In this document: piece by piece, positions 44,374 through 49,450 of the stretch
Position numbering within the stretch: the stretch's first letter is position 1
Layout of the letters: the number at the start of each line of letters is the position of its first letter
Virus record (IMG/VR): IMGVR_UViG_3300012933_000174
Span: 1 to 49,450 of that record
DNA length: 49,450 nt
Source of the DNA: a virus
Taxonomy: Duplodnaviria; Caudoviricetes
Reading direction: 5' to 3' (one strand)
Made by a program: the position numbers and the translations under genes
Notes under the pieces: generated by a model
Told to the model about the DNA's origin: nothing
The model's input: the letters and a program-made list of their open reading frames with translations, nothing else
Database searches by the model: none

Positions 44374-46611
44374 CTATTCAAAGAAGTTCTCTTCGTTTAT
44401 ATCATCTAGGTTCAATACCCCTAGAGCCTCTTCATCCATGTTCTTATACATATCCACAAATGTATCTCTAATTGTTTTCTGCAATTTACTTACGTAGTTA
44501 CAGTGACATGCGAAGTCATCATGTATTCCTCTGATGTCTTTTGGACCCGCATTTATGATCCTAACGGCATGGCTTGCGTCCATACTGTGGATGTAATTCG
44601 CTGGATAAGACTGTTTCTGTTTCCTGTTATTAACTTCTTCAGTGTCTGAACGAAGCTTCATACGTCTAGCTTTCTTAATCGTTAAATGAATAACAATCTT
44701 TTTCTGCTTAACGTACGGCTGATAAACTTTAAATCCTGTTGGTGTTACCCAAGTCATGAAGCTCTCCGTCCTGTTCTTAAGTATCTCCATACCTTTGATT
44801 ACAGCAACAAGTTCTTCCTCGAATACACCCCATATAATATCACTTAAGTACAGACATTCTGAACCTCTATATCCAAGTCCTTTCTCAAGCATTCCCATAC
44901 TGAGTTTCCTGGATAAACTGTTCTTAGTTATACCAAACGATAATAACATTACTGGTTTTTTCATGAAGTCTCTATCAATCCCTTGTTTTAACCAGAATCT
45001 CGCAATCTCTGAACTGTCTTCCGCTAATTTCTTTTTAACTATTTCAGCAACCTTTGAGTAAATATCACTCTTCGTTTTTCCTATCATACCTAGGTTTCTT
45101 GCGGTAATCTCATCTCTGAACATCGCCGCGTAATGTTGAAGTCCATTACAGACTCCATCAATACCTACTGGTAAGTTACTTGTTTCTAAATCTTCTAAAC
45201 ATGCTCTGAGGAAGCAGAACGGCTTCTTCGCTAATGTCCATCTGTAATCGGCTGGATTCTCCTTAATACTTTGAATCATGCTCAGGTTTCCAACATACCA
45301 TCGTATTAATTCTTTTCTAGTACCTTTCACTCCAAAGCATTTCGCTGTATGAACTCGTATCCAGTCCGCACCTTCCTTCGTAACTTTTACGGATGTCGCA
45401 AAATCTAGTAGACTCTTCTCAACATCTGTACCTTGTGTACTAAGATATATACTATTACAGTACATTCTTCCCACGAAGTCACAGTTATATACGAAATGAA
45501 TTCCATCCCAGTCCAATAGATCAGTTACCGTGCGAAGTGTTCTTCCAAGGCTTTTCATTCTAAAGTTAGCTTTAATTCGTTTTGTGTATACCTTTGATCT
45601 CTCAAGCTTCCAAGCTCTATACTCTTTCTCTTCTGTTTCTTCCATTTTATTCGGATCTTGGTTAAAGTGTTTCGGATATTCTTTTAATACTCCCAGATTA
45701 TACTTTTCAAGTTGTTCAATACCTTTACTGTTCACAGCATCTTTTATTCTTTTCAGCATTTCAGTGTTTATCTTCCACTTAACTCTACCTTGTTTATCTA
45801 AGGCATCCCTAACTTCTTGACTTACACCACCATGCTTTTTGTGTCCTGGACCTCTCCACTTCACAATGTTCACTTTTAATTTCTCTGTGTACCAACCGCC
45901 CCTGTTTCCTGTCCAAGGTTCAGGCGCTATTTTTAATGGTCCTCTGGATATGTTGAATAAACTTGCTTCATTCAGAAACTCTTCCTTCCATACTTTATAT
46001 TCTTCCGTAAACTTTAATACTGATCTTATCCTCACACCTTCGTTCACATCTTCCAATACAATAACATCATCGTACTCTTCCAATATTTCCGATAATACCA
46101 ACGTGCCTATATGCGCTGTGGTTTTTTTACTCCATTGTTCCCATTCCATGTTCTCCATTTTAGCTGTCAGCACTCTCTTTGCGTGATCATACTTCTTGCT
46201 ACCACGTTTCCGTAAGTCATCTTTTACTAAGTCGAATACCTTTTTGTTCTCAAGTTCAAACAACATGAATCTGTAATTGTCTTCAATCTCTTGACCAATC
46301 CGTAAAACAACCTCTTGTATAGTAGGAAATTGTGCTGTCATGCTCTCAAATACTATACTTAACCCTATGTAAGCAATTGTATTCCAGTCTTTATCTGGTA
46401 CACAATCATACAGAATCTTGTTATACCTTCCTACTGTACCCGCCCAATTCTTGCTTATCATTTCCAAGTTCTTCCCCACGTCCACCATCCTTTCACGGAT
46501 TAACGCGTTCACTGGAAGAACTTGTGACGTATCAAGTCTTATCCATTCAGCTCTATGTTTCGCCAAACAGCTTCTTTCATATTCGATTTGCTTTCTTTCA
46601 CCATCATTCAT
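44374..46611 (-). CDS. Single-subunit T7-family RNA polymerase (phiKMV-like position)
   Basis: DFVGRMY, DGVCNGLQH, RDFMKKPVMLLSFG, W.TPTGF, NYIHSMDASH, IHDDF. Confidence 0.95.
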   Translation of the reverse strand: MNDGERKQIEYERSCLAKHRAEWIRLDTSQVLPVNALIRERMVDVGKNLEMISKNWAGTVGRYNKILYDCVPDKDWNTIAYIGLSIVFESMTAQFPTIQEVVLRIGQEIEDNYRFMLFELENKKVFDLVKDDLRKRGSKKYDHAKRVLTAKMENMEWEQWSKKTTAHIGTLVLSEILEEYDDVIVLEDVNEGVRIRSVLKFTEEYKVWKEEFLNEASLFNISRGPLKIAPEPWTGNRGGWYTEKLKVNIVKWRGPGHKKHGGVSQEVRDALDKQGRVKWKINTEMLKRIKDAVNSKGIEQLEKYNLGVLKEYPKHFNQDPNKMEETEEKEYRAWKLERSKVYTKRIKANFRMKSLGRTLRTVTDLLDWDGIHFVYNCDFVGRMYCNSIYLSTQGTDVEKSLLDFATSVKVTKEGADWIRVHTAKCFGVKGTRKELIRWYVGNLSMIQSIKENPADYRWTLAKKPFCFLRACLEDLETSNLPVGIDGVCNGLQHYAAMFRDEITARNLGMIGKTKSDIYSKVAEIVKKKLAEDSSEIARFWLKQGIDRDFMKKPVMLLSFGITKNSLSRKLSMGMLEKGLGYRGSECLYLSDIIWGVFEEELVAVIKGMEILKNRTESFMTWVTPTGFKVYQPYVKQKKIVIHLTIKKARRMKLRSDTEEVNNRKQKQSYPANYIHSMDASHAVRIINAGPKDIRGIHDDFACHCNYVSKLQKTIRDTFVDMYKNMDEEALGVLNLDDINEENFFE

Positions 46612-46747
46612 CCACGTCCAACATCAAGTTCCCTTGTAATTCCCGCAGGTTTTCTTCAGCTTCTTCCCGTGTGTCACCTGATTCCTGGTTTCCCCAACGG
46701 TCTGTACTCCACCAGCGCCGCGTTACGTCACAGTATATAGTTTTCAT
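46604..46747 (-). CDS. Small hypothetical protein
   Basis: Start moved to MKTIYCD (ATGA overlap). Confidence 0.55.
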   Translation of the reverse strand: MKTIYCDVTRRWWSTDRWGNQESGDTREEAEENLRELQGNLMLDVDE

Positions 46748-46929
46748 TTCCTTCCACCCCCAGATATAACATAGACAAATATCATTACAGGCCACAGAGC
46801 CACACATACGAGACCCATTTTTACAAGCTCTTCGTACTTTGTTGTGTTCGTTTCGTTTTTGTTTAGTATGTAAGCCAGCAACGTACCTATAGTGATGTAC
46901 AATAATATCCAACTAATCATCATTATCAT
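46744..46929 (-). CDS. Small 2-TM membrane protein
   Basis: Hydrophobic, with LWP motif; start approximate. Confidence 0.5.
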   Translation of the reverse strand: MIMMISWILLYITIGTLLAYILNKNETNTTKYEELVKMGLVCVALWPVMIFVYVISGGGRK

Positions 46930-47107
46930 CCATTGTTGCAACTTCAATTAATACCAACATTGCACAAGTCATCGGCCAGATTACTGCACCTATTAAACAC
47001 GCAATTCTTGGCTTTCTTTTTCGTCTGTTCTTTCTTTTCGACATTGCCAATCGCATAAATTCGAAATAGGTTACAATTGCAAATGCGAGGTATACGTATA
47101 GTGTCAT
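46913..47107 (-). CDS. Small 2-TM membrane protein
   Basis: Start moved to MTLYVYL (ATGA overlap, GGAG RBS); IWP motif. Confidence 0.55.
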   Translation of the reverse strand: MTLYVYLAFAIVTYFEFMRLAMSKRKNRRKRKPRIACLIGAVIWPMTCAMLVLIEVATMDDNDD

Positions 47108-47472
47108 TTCTTTCTCCCAGGTCTTGTTAATAGTTTGACGGTTTTCTTTTCGTCTGGTGATAACCACGATGGGTGTATTAATTCCCTCGGGTTCGTTTTG
47201 TATTTTTGTAGATATATTCCAAGTGATATCATAAAGTCCGTTGGTGATACATTCGCGAAGCTCCATCGAGCTTGTATTCGCATTTTACCTTCTCCAGCAT
47301 TACAACTTCTATGTATCAACCCTCGGATTAATCCAGTTTCGTGACAGTGATCAAGTACAGCTCCATCAGTCTTTGTGAACGGGTACGCACATATATCACA
47401 TCTTCCACCCTGTCTTTCAAAAAGTCTTTTTCTGACTTCTGCTAGTTGAGCGTGGGATAGCCTTGCAGCCAT
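47104..47472 (-). CDS. Recombination endonuclease VII
   Basis: Q.G.C.IC ... LDHCH.TG.IRG..HRSCN..EG. Confidence 0.92.
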   Translation of the reverse strand: MAARLSHAQLAEVRKRLFERQGGRCDICAYPFTKTDGAVLDHCHETGLIRGLIHRSCNAGEGKMRIQARWSFANVSPTDFMISLGIYLQKYKTNPRELIHPSWLSPDEKKTVKLLTRPGRKK

Positions 47473-47473
47473 G

Positions 47474-47593
47474 TTATGTAATTAATTTTTCCAGGAATAC
47501 AATTAATGCTTTCAGGACACCAATAGACGCCTTAATACTTTGTACTTCCATGGCTGAGATTTTCCTGCCTGCTTCTATTTTCTTTTCTTTCAT
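47474..47593 (-). CDS. 39-aa hypothetical protein
   Basis: Translated by hand: MKEKKIEAGRKIS...; fills the gap; ATGA overlap. Confidence 0.5.
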   Translation of the reverse strand: MKEKKIEAGRKISAMEVQSIKASIGVLKALIVFLEKLIT

Positions 47594-48462
47594 AATTTAC
47601 ATCCCCATAATCTAGGTTCTCTTGGTTTACCCGAAGGTGTTATTTGCATACAAGATATGTCAACCAGTTTACCTCTGAGGTTCTCCGTTGTCCATCTCTC
47701 ATTCTGTTCATTCGATATCCCCGCCACAGTACCTTCAATGCCTGATGGGAATCTAATTAACAATGCGCCATTTCCTAATCCAGGAACACGTTTAATAATC
47801 TCACAATTCTTTATTTTCGTTTCAGCTTTCATTTTCAGTAAGTCTGGGTTTCTTTCTCCCCAGGAGTACCTTGAAGCCATGTTTATACCAACAATACCTT
47901 CTCCACCAAGTGCTACTATTTCACGATAGAACTTCTTTGCTTCTTCAATATCATCTGTAATTACAGGTCTATCAACTGGTATCGCACACGCTGATGCCCA
48001 TCCAGCGTTTCTCCGTGAGAGTTTCATTTTTGTGAATCTACCTTCAAAACTGCAGTCATCTTCATAGTCCAGTAAGTCATGTACAAAGTACGAACATTCC
48101 TGTTGAATTTTCTCTTTCTTTAGGATTGAGTTCATTTCATACACGTCTTTTGCTCTGTCATGAAAGTCCCGAATCTCGAATATAATTCTTCCATTCTGAA
48201 TAAATGCTTCTTTGAACATATCTCTCCAAGTGTTATCCGCTTCACTCACTTGATCATTCAACGTAATAATTACATTCCCAGTTTTACTGAACACGCCCTT
48301 TCGCATTTTACCATCGTATATTTCTCTATATCCGTACCAACCGTCTTTTTTGACTGACCATCCGTACATCTTTCCTATATATCCCGGTTTCCTTTTCGCT
48401 TCTTCTTTATGAAAGAATTTTACTAGTTGTGGTTTTCTGTTCTCGTAATTAATCATAATCAT
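47590..48462 (-). CDS. ATP-dependent DNA ligase
   Basis: Motif I KKDG, FVHD, EGIV, LLKMK, PREPR. Confidence 0.88.
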   Translation of the reverse strand: MIMINYENRKPQLVKFFHKEEAKRKPGYIGKMYGWSVKKDGWYGYREIYDGKMRKGVFSKTGNVIITLNDQVSEADNTWRDMFKEAFIQNGRIIFEIRDFHDRAKDVYEMNSILKKEKIQQECSYFVHDLLDYEDDCSFEGRFTKMKLSRRNAGWASACAIPVDRPVITDDIEEAKKFYREIVALGGEGIVGINMASRYSWGERNPDLLKMKAETKIKNCEIIKRVPGLGNGALLIRFPSGIEGTVAGISNEQNERWTTENLRGKLVDISCMQITPSGKPREPRLWGCKL

Positions 48463-49378
48463 TTGTCCAGGGTAGTAACACTTGTTTATGTTTTCTCTCG
48501 TTGTACACAAACCCTAAAGGTCGTAAGAACTTCAAAACGTCCCATACTGTCTCTTCTCTACGCATCCATAACAAGAACGCCTGCTCGAAGAATCTGTCAT
48601 GTGCTTCATCACCATACGTGTGTAAGTAACATTCCCAAACTCTTTTGTAACATTCATCATCATTCTCTGCTGTTTCAAGCACACCATACGCTGTCATTGC
48701 ACCACAAGATTTCGGTTTTCTGTTCTTTGGATTCTTAATTGGAAACCATTTATTCGCTGATGCTACTGCAAGTGTTGGCAATCCAGGTATATTATCTACT
48801 TGATCTCCCATTAACAATTGCGCCCAGAACCATTTAGTTCCACAGCCCCAAACTTTCTTCGTCTTTTCTGTACTTTGTATTTCCAACCATCCGAACGCAT
48901 CCGTAAACCAATACTTGCCAGTTCTGTGGTTGTAGTGCCAGCCTTCGACCATTCTCAAGTCTTTATCGTCTGAACATAATACTGAGTTGTAACTTAATCC
49001 TTGCATCTGGCATAAGCCATCATCTGCTTCCTGGTTTAACCATTCTACGCCTTGGAATTCAGGTCCTGTGATTCCTGCAATGTAGTGTCTTAAAAGAGTT
49101 ATCCGTTCTCTTTTCTCTTTCGTAATCGTGTCTACTCTGTTCGCTTGGTATCCTTTAACTGTAGCAATTACTTCTCTACCACCTTTGTTTCCTAGCGAAA
49201 CGTGTAAGTTAATCTTTTTAACACCTGATGCTACCTTTAAAGCTTCTATATTATTGTTTATACCTATCTGACATTGTTCTACTGTCTTATCAAGGTTCGC
49301 GAATGCCCAAGCGAGTCTATCCGCATCTAGTTGCATAATCATGTCAGCGGGGTTAATTCCATCTTTTATTAGTGTCAT
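48449..49378 (-). CDS. 5'-3' exonuclease (T7 gp6/FEN-like)
   Basis: DAD, YQANR, EADD, SDDKDL, GD.VDNIPGL. Confidence 0.92.
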   Translation of the reverse strand: MTLIKDGINPADMIMQLDADRLAWAFANLDKTVEQCQIGINNNIEALKVASGVKKINLHVSLGNKGGREVIATVKGYQANRVDTITKEKRERITLLRHYIAGITGPEFQGVEWLNQEADDGLCQMQGLSYNSVLCSDDKDLRMVEGWHYNHRTGKYWFTDAFGWLEIQSTEKTKKVWGCGTKWFWAQLLMGDQVDNIPGLPTLAVASANKWFPIKNPKNRKPKSCGAMTAYGVLETAENDDECYKRVWECYLHTYGDEAHDRFFEQAFLLWMRREETVWDVLKFLRPLGFVYNERKHKQVLLPWTNDYD

Positions 49379-49404
49379 TCTATCTCCTTCTATGACTATA
49401 CACG

Positions 49405-49450
49405 GGTTTGCAACACACTTACAGGTCTATCACCTGGCATTCCACAGTTG
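49405..49450. repeat. Terminal overlap copy 2
   Basis: Matches 1-45. Confidence 0.9.

Noticed and set aside
94-48738. All plus-strand ORFs in the track
   Set aside because: They are antisense shadows of tightly tiled minus-strand genes, with no recognisable motifs or RBSs
1-49450. Lysogeny module, tRNAs, base-modification (purZ/queuosine-type) genes, alternative genetic code
   Set aside because: No integrase, repressor, tRNA or modification enzymes were recognised; long ORFs are intact in the standard code

Overview
The window is an essentially complete, circularly permuted genome of about 49.4 kb from a lytic T7/phiKMV-supergroup (Autographiviridae-like) podophage. Positions 1-45 recur, with two differences, at 49405-49450. 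Every credible gene is on the minus strand. The host is Gram-negative, as shown by a nested i-/o-spanin pair. In transcription order the genome runs: a putative end region (17200-15350); small early genes including a macrodomain and DUF4326; a split, N4 RNAPII-like RNA polymerase (12988-11768 plus 11578-10082); RNase H, primase, helicase and family A DNA polymerase; a holin/spanin cassette sitting inside the replication module; SSB-like protein, 5'-3' exonuclease, DNA ligase and endonuclease VII; a second, single-chain T7-type RNA polymerase (46611-44374); portal, scaffold, capsid, tail tube A/B and internal virion proteins (one a 2199-aa polyvalent protein); terminase; and tail or accessory structural genes. 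The top observation is a two-polymerase transcription system, in which the single-chain enzyme naturally carries the T7 Y639F-equivalent substitution. Other leads are a cluster of DnaA boxes, a Flp-pilin-like mini-ORF between the split RNAP genes, a four-hairpin leader, a dispersed lysis system and an enlarged tail nozzle. All calls come from motif recognition by eye; no database search was run.
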